Source of the DNA: Rubrivivax sp.
GTDB lineage: Bacteria > Pseudomonadota > Gammaproteobacteria > Burkholderiales > Burkholderiaceae_C
Length of the DNA: 64,000 nt
Direction: 5' to 3'
Assembly (NCBI GenBank): GCA_020852865.1
Contig: JADYZZ010000054.1
Span: 35,496 to 99,495 of the forward strand
Every line of letters begins with the position of its first letter. The first letter of the stretch is position 1. The notes under the pieces were generated by a model. The model was not told the origin of the DNA, searched no databases, and worked only from the letters and a program-made list of their open reading frames with translations. This document shows positions 30,908 to 40,437 of the stretch, in pieces. The position numbers and the translations under genes were made by a program.

Positions 30908-32362
30908 GTGACCTCGATCCCCATCCGCCGCGGCATCGCCTGGGCCTTCGCCGGCCGGGTCAGCGACCAGGTGCTGACGTTCGCGTTCGGCGTCGTGCTG
31001 GCGCGCCTGCTTGCGCCCGAGGCCTTCGGCATGCTGCTGACGATCCAGATCTTCACCGGCCTGGTCGGCTTCGTCGCGGGCGGCGGCATGGGCCAGGCCC
31101 TGGTCCGCGCCGAGCGCGTGAGCAAGGAGGACTTCGACGTCGTCTTCACGCTGCAACTGCTCATCGGCTGCGTGATCTACGGCCTGTTCTACGTCACCGC
31201 GCCGCTGTTCGCCGACTGGTACGGCAACCCGATCTATCGCGATCTGCTCCGCCTTTCGGCCCTCAGCTTCGTCTTCCGCCCCTTTGTCACGGTGCCAAGC
31301 AATGCGCTGCATCGCGATCTGCGCTTCAAGGCGATGACCGGCGTCAACGTCGCCTGCCTGGTGGCTTCGAGCGGCGTCAGCATCGCGCTGGCGCTGCGCG
31401 GCTGGGATGTCTGGAGCCTGATCTGGGGCGGCATTGCCGGCTCGGCCCTGCGCTCCGTCCTGCTGATGTGGCAGACCGGCTGGCGGCCCGCCTTCTCGCT
31501 GCAGCTCGCCCGCGCCGGCGATCTGGCGCGCTACGGCGCACTCGTCGCCGGCAACGATCTGGTCGACTACTTGCGCGAGCGGGTCAGCATCTTCATCCTG
31601 TCGCAGACCCTGGGTCCGCGCAGCGTGGGCCTGTTCAACAAGGGCGAGAGCCTGGCAATGATGCCGTTCCTCTTCGCCTCGGGGTCCGTGTATCAGGTGC
31701 TGTTTCGTGCGCTCGCGCTCGAACAGGCCAACCTGGACAAGTGCCGCTATCTGTTCAATCGCAGCATCGGCCTCGTGGCCGTCTATGCCACGCCGATCTA
31801 CGTCGGCCTGTTCTGGCTCGCCGAGCCCCTTGTGCGGGGCATCTACGGCGCGCAATGGGTCGCTTCGGCCGGACCGTTGTTCTGGCTGTCGTTTGCCTGG
31901 CCGATCTGGCTGCTGGGCAACCTGAGCGGAGCCGTTGCCGCCTCGCACAATCGCCTCGGCGCCGAACTGCGCATCCAGCTGCTGTCGCTGGCCCTCAACG
32001 CCGTCGCCATCTGGCTGGCATTGCCGGCAGGCATCGACGGCGTGGCCTGGGCGCTGGTCGCGGTGAGCGCCACCACCGGCAGCATGATGTTCGTGCTCGC
32101 GCTGCGCACGCTGCAGGCCGATTGGCGCGACACGCTCCGCGCCTTGTATCCGGCGATCGGGCTCAACCTGGCGCTGGCGCTGATCCTGGCCGGCGTCGAG
32201 CTGACCCTGCCCGCCTGGATCCTCGCGCACGATCTCCTGCATGTGGCCTGCGTCGGCGCGATCGGGGCGCTGGTGTATGCCGCTCTGGCCCTGTACGCCC
32301 CGCTGCCTGCGCTGCGCACGGAGCAGGCCCGTTGGCGCACCCTGCTGCGGTTGCCGACATGA
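30908..32362 (+). CDS. wzx: Wzx-type polysaccharide flippase
   Basis: VLARLLAPEAFG, GMGQALV, multiple TM helices, LGPRSVGLF. Confidence 0.9.
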   Translation: MTSIPIRRGIAWAFAGRVSDQVLTFAFGVVLARLLAPEAFGMLLTIQIFTGLVGFVAGGGMGQALVRAERVSKEDFDVVFTLQLLIGCVIYGLFYVTAPLFADWYGNPIYRDLLRLSALSFVFRPFVTVPSNALHRDLRFKAMTGVNVACLVASSGVSIALALRGWDVWSLIWGGIAGSALRSVLLMWQTGWRPAFSLQLARAGDLARYGALVAGNDLVDYLRERVSIFILSQTLGPRSVGLFNKGESLAMMPFLFASGSVYQVLFRALALEQANLDKCRYLFNRSIGLVAVYATPIYVGLFWLAEPLVRGIYGAQWVASAGPLFWLSFAWPIWLLGNLSGAVAASHNRLGAELRIQLLSLALNAVAIWLALPAGIDGVAWALVAVSATTGSMMFVLALRTLQADWRDTLRALYPAIGLNLALALILAGVELTLPAWILAHDLLHVACVGAIGALVYAALALYAPLPALRTEQARWRTLLRLPT

Positions 32363-32365
32363 GAG

Positions 32366-33517
32366 ATGGCGCAACGCCCCGTACGCCCGCCCTGCGGCCG
32401 GGACCGGCGTGCGGCTGCAGCCGTGAATCGGCAGGCTCGTGAATTGAACCCGAGCGCATTCGCCACGACGCCCAGCCTCGGGACGGGCGCGCTAGCTGCC
32501 GTTGTTGCGCCCGACGCTCCCGCGCTGTCGACTGGCATCGTCCCGGCCGTCGGTACGGCCGGCCGCGCAGCAGCGGATGCGCCGCCTCCGAGCGTGTGGG
32601 CGCTCGTGCTCAACTTCAACTCGCTCGACGACACCCTGGGCTGCGTTGCCGCCCTGCGCGCAAGCGACTACCCCGCGTTGCACATCCTCGTTCTCGACAA
32701 CGCGTCGCCCGACTGCAGCGGGCAGCGGCTGCAGACCGCCCTGCGGGAAGACGAATTCGTCCAGCTTCCGGCCAACACGGGCTATGCGGGCGGCAACAAC
32801 GCCGGCATCCGCCGGGCGCTTGCCGGCGGAGCGCGCTACGTCTTCATCGTCAACCCCGACGCGCGCGTCGCCAGCCAGTGCATCGGGCACTTCGTCGCGT
32901 TGTGCGAGGCCGATCCGGGCATCGGCGCGCTCAATTCGATCGAAGTCGAGCGCGACGGCGTCACGATCGACTCCTTCTTCGCGCGCAGCGTGATGGCCGA
33001 TGCCGGCATCACGGCGCTGCGTGCGGACGAGCCTCAGATCCCGTCCGAGTTCGCCGCGCCGCGCCTGTTCGGAGCGGCGTTGTTCCTGCCCTCGCGCGCC
33101 ATCGAGCGGGTGGGCGGCTTCGACCCCTTGTACTTCGCCTACTGGGAGGAGTTCGACTTGTGCCGCCGCCTGCAATGGCACGGCTACAAGCTGCTCGTCA
33201 GCCGCGCGGCGCCGGTCGTGCACCTGCGCACGAACGAGCACCGCGGCGTGAGCCGCTTCGTGGTGTTCCTGCGATTGAAGTCGACTTACCTCGAGCGGCT
33301 CAAGGATCCGGGCGTGCGCTTCTCTGTTGCACTGCGTTTCGTGGCACGCAAGTTCTGGCGCCAACTGCTGCACGGCGGCGCGCGCAACGAGTACCCCTTC
33401 ACTTTGCACGAGATCGACCGTGGCCTCGTCCTGCGCTCGGGCTGGTGGGTGCTGCGGCACATCGGCAGCATTCGCCGCCATCGTCAACTCGAGATTCGTG
33501 GTCGAGCGCATGTCTGA
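32366..33517 (+). CDS. GT2 glycosyltransferase
   Basis: LVLNFN, VLDNAS, NTGYAGGNN, VNPDA, GGFDPLYFAYWEEFDLC; start uncertain. Confidence 0.9.
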   Translation: MAQRPVRPPCGRDRRAAAAVNRQARELNPSAFATTPSLGTGALAAVVAPDAPALSTGIVPAVGTAGRAAADAPPPSVWALVLNFNSLDDTLGCVAALRASDYPALHILVLDNASPDCSGQRLQTALREDEFVQLPANTGYAGGNNAGIRRALAGGARYVFIVNPDARVASQCIGHFVALCEADPGIGALNSIEVERDGVTIDSFFARSVMADAGITALRADEPQIPSEFAAPRLFGAALFLPSRAIERVGGFDPLYFAYWEEFDLCRRLQWHGYKLLVSRAAPVVHLRTNEHRGVSRFVVFLRLKSTYLERLKDPGVRFSVALRFVARKFWRQLLHGGARNEYPFTLHEIDRGLVLRSGWWVLRHIGSIRRHRQLEIRGRAHV

Positions 33518-34541
33518 AGCGGCACCTCGGTCCACCGTCCATCGCCCTTTGATCGCCGGCGCCTCGCCGACAACGAAAGCAGCCATGAAGCAACTGATCA
33601 AGAGCATCCCCTACATCCGTCGGCTGCACGAGGAGATCGACCGCCAGCAGCTCGAACTGCGGCGCTGGAAGACCTGGCAGCCGCCCGGGCACTTCTATTC
33701 GCCGATCCCGGCGCTGGACGAGGTCGAGCGACGCGCAGCGGCCATTTTCGACACCGGCCACGCCCGGCTCGGCGGGCTCGACCTCAACGCCGAGCGGCAG
33801 GCCGAACTCGTCGAAGTGTTCGCATCGCTGCACGGCGACATCGCGTTTCCCGACGGGCCGACGCCGGACTTCCGCTACCACTTCAAGAACGAATACTTCT
33901 CGTATGCGGACGGTGTGACGCTGTATTCCATGCTGCGGCATCAGCCGCCCAAGCGCATCGTCGAGGTCGGCTCGGGGTATTCGTCGGCACTCATGCTCGA
34001 CACCAACGACCGACATCTCGGGCACCGCGTCGCGTTCACCTTCGTCGAGCCCCACCCCGAGCGTCTCGAGTCCCTGCTGTGGGAAGGCGACCGCGCGCAT
34101 GCGACGGTGCTGCGCCAGCCGGTGCAAGCCACGCCGCTGTCGGTCTTCCAGGAGCTGGAGGCCGGCGACATCCTGTTCGTCGACAGCAGCCACGTCAGCA
34201 AGACGGGCTCGGATGTGAACTTCCTGTTGTTCGAGGTCCTGCCCCGGCTCGCATCGGGCGTACGCGTCCACTTCCACGACATCTTCTACCCGTTCGAATA
34301 CCCCAAGGAATGGGTGCGCGAGGGCGTAGCCTGGAACGAGGCGTATCTCTTGCGCGCCTTCCTGCAATACAACCCGGCGTTCCGCATCGAGTTCTTCGTT
34401 TCCTACGTCGTGCGCCACATGCGCGAGCGCGTTGCACGGTCGATTCCCCTGGCACTGAAGAGCGAGAAGGACCCGATTTCGTTCTTCGAGGACGCACCGG
34501 GCGGCAGTCTCTGGCTGGTCAAGACCGGGCCGGCGACTTGA
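33510..34541 (+). CDS. Class I SAM-dependent methyltransferase (Methyltransf_24-like)
   Basis: PPGHFYSPIP, IVEVGSGYSS, DILFVDSSHV, HFHDIFYPFEYP, WNEAYLLRAFL. Confidence 0.9.
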   Translation: MSEAAPRSTVHRPLIAGASPTTKAAMKQLIKSIPYIRRLHEEIDRQQLELRRWKTWQPPGHFYSPIPALDEVERRAAAIFDTGHARLGGLDLNAERQAELVEVFASLHGDIAFPDGPTPDFRYHFKNEYFSYADGVTLYSMLRHQPPKRIVEVGSGYSSALMLDTNDRHLGHRVAFTFVEPHPERLESLLWEGDRAHATVLRQPVQATPLSVFQELEAGDILFVDSSHVSKTGSDVNFLLFEVLPRLASGVRVHFHDIFYPFEYPKEWVREGVAWNEAYLLRAFLQYNPAFRIEFFVSYVVRHMRERVARSIPLALKSEKDPISFFEDAPGGSLWLVKTGPAT

Positions 34542-34711
34542 GCCGGACTCGGCCGACCGACGCGACCTGGTCGCGACGTCCCCGCGCAAGGTTGCACATG
34601 TCGAGCCGACCTGTGCCGCACCTCGCGCAGCGCGACCGCGCGGTGGGCAGCCATCCGAGGCTAGACTCGGAGCAGGGTCATCTGTCTCGTCTGCATTCGA
34701 AGGAGGTCGTC

Positions 34712-35107
34712 ATGGCGATAGCCACGCGTGGAGTCTGTGCGGCCCTGATGGCGTTCGTCTTGACCGTCTTCGCGGCATCCGACGCCAGGGCCGTCGTCGA
34801 TCTGGCCAACGGCTGGGGGCCGAGTGCGCTCGAGACCTCGAAACTGCCCGACTATTGCCAGCGCTTCTTCCTCGAGCGGAAGTTGCCGCCGAACTGCGAC
34901 GGCGTGCACCATCTGTGCGCGGGAAAGGTTCTGATGCTCAGGTTGACCGACTTCTCCATTCCCAAGCAGGAGCGGCAGAGGATCCTCGGCCATGCGAAGA
35001 GCGAAGTGGAGTACATGTTCGGCCGCCAGAATGCCTCGTGCACCTACCTTGGGCAGGCGCGGGAGGCGCAGCGCCAGCTTCGGACGTTCGAGGCACTCCT
35101 GCGTTGA
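34712..35107 (+). CDS. Secreted hypothetical protein with four Cys in the mature part
   Basis: AGGAGG RBS; signal peptide; WGP..LE..KLPDYC...C.GVHHLC. Confidence 0.7.
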   Translation: MAIATRGVCAALMAFVLTVFAASDARAVVDLANGWGPSALETSKLPDYCQRFFLERKLPPNCDGVHHLCAGKVLMLRLTDFSIPKQERQRILGHAKSEVEYMFGRQNASCTYLGQAREAQRQLRTFEALLR

Positions 35108-35281
35108 TCAACGCCGCAGCAAGGCTCGGTTTCGATCGGGCGATCATCCGCCGCCGCACCGCGTACGTCGGTGCCGGCGCACGCGTTGCCTGCGGCACGC
35201 TCGGCTCGGTCGATCGAACTGCGCACGGGGCAAATCCGGTGTCGACGACGGCGTTTTTCGACCGCGGCTGATGCGCGACGA

Positions 35282-36265
35282 ATGAGTACCTGTCGCATCT
35301 GCCACGACGACGGTGCGCATCGGAGTTTCTTCCCCAAGGAGATGCAGTTCGGAACGCAAGTCCGGTTCGAATACTTCCAGTGCGCGCGGTGCGGTTGCCT
35401 TCAGATCGCGGAGATCCCGACGGACCTGGCCGCACATTACCCACCCAACTACTACTCGTTCCGGCCGGCTGAAGCGCGCGCACGGCACGGACGCCTATAC
35501 CGCCGGCTGCAGAAGCTCCGCGTGGCGAATCGGCTTGCGTGGAAGCGCTCCGCGCTCGAGGCGCTGCTCTGGCGCTTCGTGGAACTGCCTTACGAGTGGC
35601 GGCAATGCACGCCGTATCTTCCCGCCGATCGGCGCCGCGGCATGCGCACGAGCTTTCTCGACGTCGGCTGCGGCGAGCGCTCGTGGTGGCTCGAGGCGCT
35701 GGAGGAACTGGGGTTCGGCTCGTTGACCGGGGTCGACCCGTTCATGCGCGGCGACCACCGGAGCGGAAAGGTCTCGTATCGACGTTGCGACATTTCCGAA
35801 GTCGGCGGCCGCTACGACTTCATCAGCTTCCATCATTCGCTCGAACACATTCCCGATCAGGACGCCACCTTGCGCGCGGCACGCACGCTGCTGAGCGATG
35901 ATGGCACCTGCCTGGTGCGGGTGCCCGTCGTGCCCTCGTACTTGTGGGAGAAGTACGGCGTGTGCTGGATGGGCCTGGACGCGCCGCGGCATCTGTATCT
36001 GCACAGCAGGGAGAGCATGCGCATCGCGGCTGCCCGTGCCGGTTTCGTCGTCGAGCGCGTGTTCTTCGACATGGACGAAGTGACGCTCATCGCCAGCGAG
36101 CAGTACCTGAAGGACATCGCAATGTTCGGCGCGCGCTCGTATTTCACGTCGCGCGACGATTGCGAGATCACGCCGGCCCAGGTGGCGGAGTTCCGCACCC
36201 TTGCGGCGACGCTCAACGCCGAGGAACGCGCCGACTGCGCGGCCTTCCTGTTGAGGCCGGCCTGA
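35282..36265 (+). CDS. Class I SAM-dependent methyltransferase with N-terminal CxxC...CxxC
   Basis: CRIC, CARCG, FLDVGCG, GVDP, HHSLEHIPD, LDAPRHLY. Confidence 0.9.
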   Translation: MSTCRICHDDGAHRSFFPKEMQFGTQVRFEYFQCARCGCLQIAEIPTDLAAHYPPNYYSFRPAEARARHGRLYRRLQKLRVANRLAWKRSALEALLWRFVELPYEWRQCTPYLPADRRRGMRTSFLDVGCGERSWWLEALEELGFGSLTGVDPFMRGDHRSGKVSYRRCDISEVGGRYDFISFHHSLEHIPDQDATLRAARTLLSDDGTCLVRVPVVPSYLWEKYGVCWMGLDAPRHLYLHSRESMRIAAARAGFVVERVFFDMDEVTLIASEQYLKDIAMFGARSYFTSRDDCEITPAQVAEFRTLAATLNAEERADCAAFLLRPA

Positions 36266-36297
36266 AGCCGCGGCGTCAGGCGCATACGGGTGCGGCG

Positions 36298-37233
36298 ATG
36301 GGGGCCCGCATATCGGTCGTGATGCCCTGCTTCGACGCAGCGGCGCATCTCGCGCAGAGCATCGCCAGCGTGCGCGCGCAGACGCTGTCCGAATGGGAGC
36401 TGGTGTTCGTCGACGACGGCTCGACCGACGGCTCGGTCGCGCTCGCCGAGGCGCTGGCGCGCGACGACGCGCGCATCCGCGTCGTGCGCCAGCCCAACCG
36501 CGGCGTCTGCGCCGCCCGCAACGCGGGCCTTGCCGCCGCGCGCGGCGAGTACCTGGCCTTCCTCGACGCCGACGACACCTGGGAGCCGGACTTCCTGGCG
36601 CAGATGCTGGCCGCGCTGGAGGCGCATCCGCAGGCGGGCATCGCCTACTGCGGCTGGCAGAACCTCGGGCTGCCGGGCGGCCGCGGCCAGCCCTACGTGC
36701 CACCCGAGCTCGAAGGGCCGGACAAGCTCGCGAAGCTGTTCGACAGCTGTCAGTGGCCGATCCACGCCTGCCTCGCGCGGCTGGCCGACGTGCGCGCCGC
36801 GGGCGGCTTCGACCCGCGGTTCAAGACGTCGGAGGACATGCTCCTGTGGCTCAAGCTCGGCAAGAGCCGGCCGCTCGTGCGCGTGCCGCGCGTGCTGGCC
36901 TACTACCACTTCCACGACGCGCAGACGACGCGCGACAAGGCCGCTGCCGCGATCAACCACTTGCGCGTGCAGAAGAGCTTCGTTGCCGAGTTCCCCGACG
37001 ACGCGGCGCGCATCCCGCGGGCGGCACGGCGCGCCTCGATGCAGGGGCGCCTGGCCCGCAAGGGGCTCGAGTGCCACTGGGCCGGCGACATCGACAACGC
37101 GCGCGCGATCTTCCGCGCGCTGCCGCGCGCCGGCCGCGTGGCGCCGCAGCACTGGAAGTACTGGTTCGCCGCGCTGCTGCCGCGCGCCGTCTATGCCCGG
37201 CTGCTGGGCCGGCGCGAAAGCGCCGTGCGCTGA
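36298..37233 (+). CDS. GT2 glycosyltransferase
   Basis: ISVVMPCF, VDDGSTD, AARNAG, FLDADD, GGFDP. Confidence 0.92.
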   Translation: MGARISVVMPCFDAAAHLAQSIASVRAQTLSEWELVFVDDGSTDGSVALAEALARDDARIRVVRQPNRGVCAARNAGLAAARGEYLAFLDADDTWEPDFLAQMLAALEAHPQAGIAYCGWQNLGLPGGRGQPYVPPELEGPDKLAKLFDSCQWPIHACLARLADVRAAGGFDPRFKTSEDMLLWLKLGKSRPLVRVPRVLAYYHFHDAQTTRDKAAAAINHLRVQKSFVAEFPDDAARIPRAARRASMQGRLARKGLECHWAGDIDNARAIFRALPRAGRVAPQHWKYWFAALLPRAVYARLLGRRESAVR

Positions 37234-37379
37234 CGCGGGTTCTCGAGGCGCGTGACTCCGTGACGTAAAGCCCACCGCCGGCGCGGCGCCACACCGATGC
37301 GACGCAGGGTTTTGTTACGCTGCGCCACCCTGCAGCCAGGCCCACGCGCCGGCCGCCGCGGGCCGAACGAGCGAGACAA

Positions 37380-38198
37380 GTGCAGCCAGCACCGCGAACC
37401 GATGGCATGGGCGCCGAGCGCGTACCCGTACTGATGTACCACCGTGTCGATCCGGCCGCGGACGACCCCGCGCTGTGCGTGGCACCGCGGCGCTTCGCCG
37501 CACAGATGCGCTGGCTCGCCGACCACGGTTACCGCCCCTGCAGCCACGCCGCGTTCCGTGACTGGTACCTCGGCCTGGCGGCGCTGCCCCCGCATGCCGT
37601 GCTGCTCACCTTCGACGACGGCTACGCCGGGCTGCACGAGCATGTGCTGCCCGTGCTTGCGGCGCGCGGCTGGCCTGCCGCCGTGTTCCTCGTCAGCGCG
37701 CTGATCGGCGCGCACGACCGCTGGGCCGCAGGCGCCGATACGCGCGGCGGCCCGCGCGCGCTGCTGGCGCGCGCGCAGATCGACGAGATGGCCCGCCACG
37801 GCTTCGATTTCCAGAGCCACTCGCGCACGCATTCCGATCTGACCACGCTCGACGCGGCACGGCTGCACGAGCAGGTCGCCGGCTCGCGCCGCGAGCTCGA
37901 GGATCTGCTCGGCCGCGCCGTGGACGGCTTCGCCTACCCCTACGGGCGCTGCGACGAGGCCGCGCGCGCGGCGGTCGCGCAGGCGGGCTACCGCATCGCC
38001 TACAGCGTGCGTTCGGGCTTCAACCGGCCGGGCGGCGACGCGCTGGCCGTGCGGCGGCTCGACATCACGGGGGGCGACAAGCCGGCGCGCTTCGGGCGCA
38101 AGGTGGCGATGGGCACCAACGACGGCTCCTGGCAGGGCCGCATGCGCTATCTGGCCGCGCGCCTGCGCGGCGCCGGGCGCGAAGCGGCGCAGGCATGA
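37380..38198 (+). CDS. Polysaccharide deacetylase (NodB/CE4)
   Basis: VLMYHRV, LTFDDGY, FQSHSRTH, FAYPYG. Confidence 0.92.
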   Translation: MQPAPRTDGMGAERVPVLMYHRVDPAADDPALCVAPRRFAAQMRWLADHGYRPCSHAAFRDWYLGLAALPPHAVLLTFDDGYAGLHEHVLPVLAARGWPAAVFLVSALIGAHDRWAAGADTRGGPRALLARAQIDEMARHGFDFQSHSRTHSDLTTLDAARLHEQVAGSRRELEDLLGRAVDGFAYPYGRCDEAARAAVAQAGYRIAYSVRSGFNRPGGDALAVRRLDITGGDKPARFGRKVAMGTNDGSWQGRMRYLAARLRGAGREAAQA

Positions 38199-39157
38199 AC
38201 ACGCTCGCGCCGGCTCCGCAGCGCACCGCGCCGCGCGTGGTGCTGGGCTTTTGCACCTACCGCCGCGCCGCGCGCCTGCCGGGGCTGGTGCAGGCGCTGC
38301 GCGCGCAGCGCTGCGACGAGCCGTTCGAGATCGTCTGCGTCGACAACAACAGCCCCGACGACGCCCGAGCCGTGCTGGCGCGGCTGGCCGCCGAGCCCGG
38401 CGCGCCGCTGCGCTTCGTCACCGAGAGCGAACAGGGCATCGTGCCGGCGCGCAACCGGCTGCTGGCCGAGGCCGCCGGCGCCGAGTTCCTGCTCATGCTC
38501 GACGACGACGAACTGCCCGAGCCCGGCTGGGTGCAGCAGGGCGTGGCCGCGCTGCGCGACGAGGGTCTGGATTGCGCGGGCGGGCGCGTGCGCGTGCAGT
38601 TCGAGGCGCACGAACGGCCGAGCTGGCTGGGGCCCGAGCTGCTGGGCTTCCTGGCCGAAGTCGACTACGGCGACGCCGCCTTCGCGATCCGCGACGCGAG
38701 CACGCCGGTGTGGACGGCCAACGTCTGCTACCGCATGAGCCTGTTCGCCGACGGCCTGCGCTACGACCGCCGCTACAGCCGCGCGGGCGCTGCGGTGGGC
38801 GGCGGCGAGGACGTGGTCATGTTCGAGGCGCTGCTCGAGCGCGGCTGCCGCATCGGCTACCGGCCGGCGATGGTGACGCAGCATTTCGTCGAGCCCTGGC
38901 GGCTCGAGCGCAGCTACTTCCTGCGCCTGCACTACGCGAGCGGCCTGCGTGCCGGGTTGTACGACACGCCCGACTCGCCGCGCCGGCTCTTCGGCGCGCC
39001 GCTGTACCTCTATCCGCAGGCCGTGCGCCAGGCCCTGCGCACGCTGCGCGCGATGCTGGGCATGCAGCGCTGGGTGCGCCAGGGCATGAATTTCACCAAC
39101 GCCTGCGGGCGCATCGTCGGCGCCCGGCGGCGGACCGCCGACCGCCAGGCCCGATGA
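38195..39157 (+). CDS. GT2 glycosyltransferase
   Basis: CTYRR, VDNNS, ARNR, LDDDE, GGGED; ATGA coupling on both sides. Confidence 0.9.
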   Translation: MNTLAPAPQRTAPRVVLGFCTYRRAARLPGLVQALRAQRCDEPFEIVCVDNNSPDDARAVLARLAAEPGAPLRFVTESEQGIVPARNRLLAEAAGAEFLLMLDDDELPEPGWVQQGVAALRDEGLDCAGGRVRVQFEAHERPSWLGPELLGFLAEVDYGDAAFAIRDASTPVWTANVCYRMSLFADGLRYDRRYSRAGAAVGGGEDVVMFEALLERGCRIGYRPAMVTQHFVEPWRLERSYFLRLHYASGLRAGLYDTPDSPRRLFGAPLYLYPQAVRQALRTLRAMLGMQRWVRQGMNFTNACGRIVGARRRTADRQAR

Positions 39158-40200
39158 CGGCGAGCCGAGCGGCTGCGCCGAGGGGCGACGCGGCCGAAGC
39201 GACCGGTGCGGGCGAAGCAACCGGCACGGCCGACACGATCGACGCGTCCCGCGTGACCGACGCGACCGAACCTGCCGAAGCGTCCGGCGCAACCGATGCA
39301 GCCGACGCGTTCATGGCGCGCGTCAGCGCCGTCATCCCGGCCTACAACGCCGAGCGCCATCTCGCGGCCTGCCTGGCGAGCGTGCTCGCGCAGCGCGGGC
39401 CGTTCGCGCTCGAGGTGATCGTCGTCGACGACGGTTCGGCCGATGCCACGGCCGAAGCGGCGCGCCGCTTCGCGGGCGTGCGCTGCATCCGGCAGGCCAA
39501 CGGCGGCCCGAGCGCGGCGCGCAATGCCGGCATCGCCGCCGCCGCAGGCGAGTTCGTCGCCTTCCTCGACGCCGACGACCGCTGGGAGCCGGGCAAGCTG
39601 GCGCGCCAGGTGACGCTGCTGCGCGCGCAGCCCGAGGTGGGCTTCTGCTCCACCGCGGCGCGTGTGGTCGACGCCGAGGGCCGTGCGGTGGCCGACTGGC
39701 CCTGCCTGGCCGACCCGGCTTCGCTGCCCGAGGCGCTGTTCCTGAACGGCGCCGCCATCGCCGGCTCCACCTCGGGCGTGATGGCGCGGCGCACATTGCT
39801 GCTCGAAGCGGGCGGCTTCGACACCGCGCTGCGCGGCTTCGAGGACCCCGACCTGTGGATGCGGCTGGCGGCACGCGCGCGCTACGCCTGCATCCCCGAA
39901 GTGCTGACCACGGTCGTGCGCACGCCGGGCAGCGTGAGCAGCCGGCTGCCGCGCATGCGCGCCGCCACGCTGGCCTCGTACCGCAAGAACCGCGCGCTGC
40001 TGGCGCCCGACAGGCGCGGGCGCTGGTGGCACGCGGCCTGCGCCGGCGCGCTCACCGACTACGCCAAGGCGGCCTGGCGCAGCGGCAGCCGCGCGCGCGC
40101 CCTGGCCTGGACGCTGGAGGCGCTGGCCCGTGCGCCGCTGGCGCGTGGGCGGCTCGCCCTCGGCCTGCTGGCCGTGATGCTCCGCGGCGGGCGGCTGTAG
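39154..40200 (+). CDS. GT2 glycosyltransferase with acidic hexapeptide-repeat N-terminal extension
   Basis: DAAEAT-type repeats, then VSAVIPAYN, VDDGS, SAARNAG, FLDADD, FEDPDLW. Confidence 0.9.
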   Translation: MTASRAAAPRGDAAEATGAGEATGTADTIDASRVTDATEPAEASGATDAADAFMARVSAVIPAYNAERHLAACLASVLAQRGPFALEVIVVDDGSADATAEAARRFAGVRCIRQANGGPSAARNAGIAAAAGEFVAFLDADDRWEPGKLARQVTLLRAQPEVGFCSTAARVVDAEGRAVADWPCLADPASLPEALFLNGAAIAGSTSGVMARRTLLLEAGGFDTALRGFEDPDLWMRLAARARYACIPEVLTTVVRTPGSVSSRLPRMRAATLASYRKNRALLAPDRRGRWWHAACAGALTDYAKAAWRSGSRARALAWTLEALARAPLARGRLALGLLAVMLRGGRL

Positions 40201-40437
40201 GGCGCGAGGCTGCAATGAAGTGCCAGCCTGCCGTGAAGCGCGTGCCTGCCGTGAAGCGCGAACCTGCCGCGAAGCGCCAGCCTGCGATGGAGCGCGCCTC
40301 GCCGTGAAGCGCGAACTGCCTCTGGTGAGCGCGGTGGTTCCGGCCTGGAACGCGGCACGCCACCTCCAAGCCTGCCTGGCGAGCGTGCTCGCGCAGCGCG
40401 GGCCGTTCACGCTCGAGGTGATCGTCGTCGACGACGG
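39367..40437. repeat. 68-bp direct repeat (one mismatch) shared by the two adjacent GT2 genes
   Basis: 39367-39434 vs 40370-40437: GCCTGCCTGGCGAGCGTGCTCGCGCAGCGCGGGCCGTTC(G/A)CGCTCGAGGTGATCGTCGTCGACGACGG. Confidence 0.9.
40215..40321 (+). repeat. Degenerate 18-bp tandem repeat (about 6 units, VKREPA-like), fifth unit 17 bp
   Basis: Units start at 40215, 40233, 40251, 40269, 40287 and 40304. Confidence 0.85.

Noticed and set aside
37234-37379. Short inverted repeat GCAGGGT...ACCCTGC between a GT2 gene and the deacetylase
   Set aside because: Only 7-bp arms in GC-rich DNA, insufficient support
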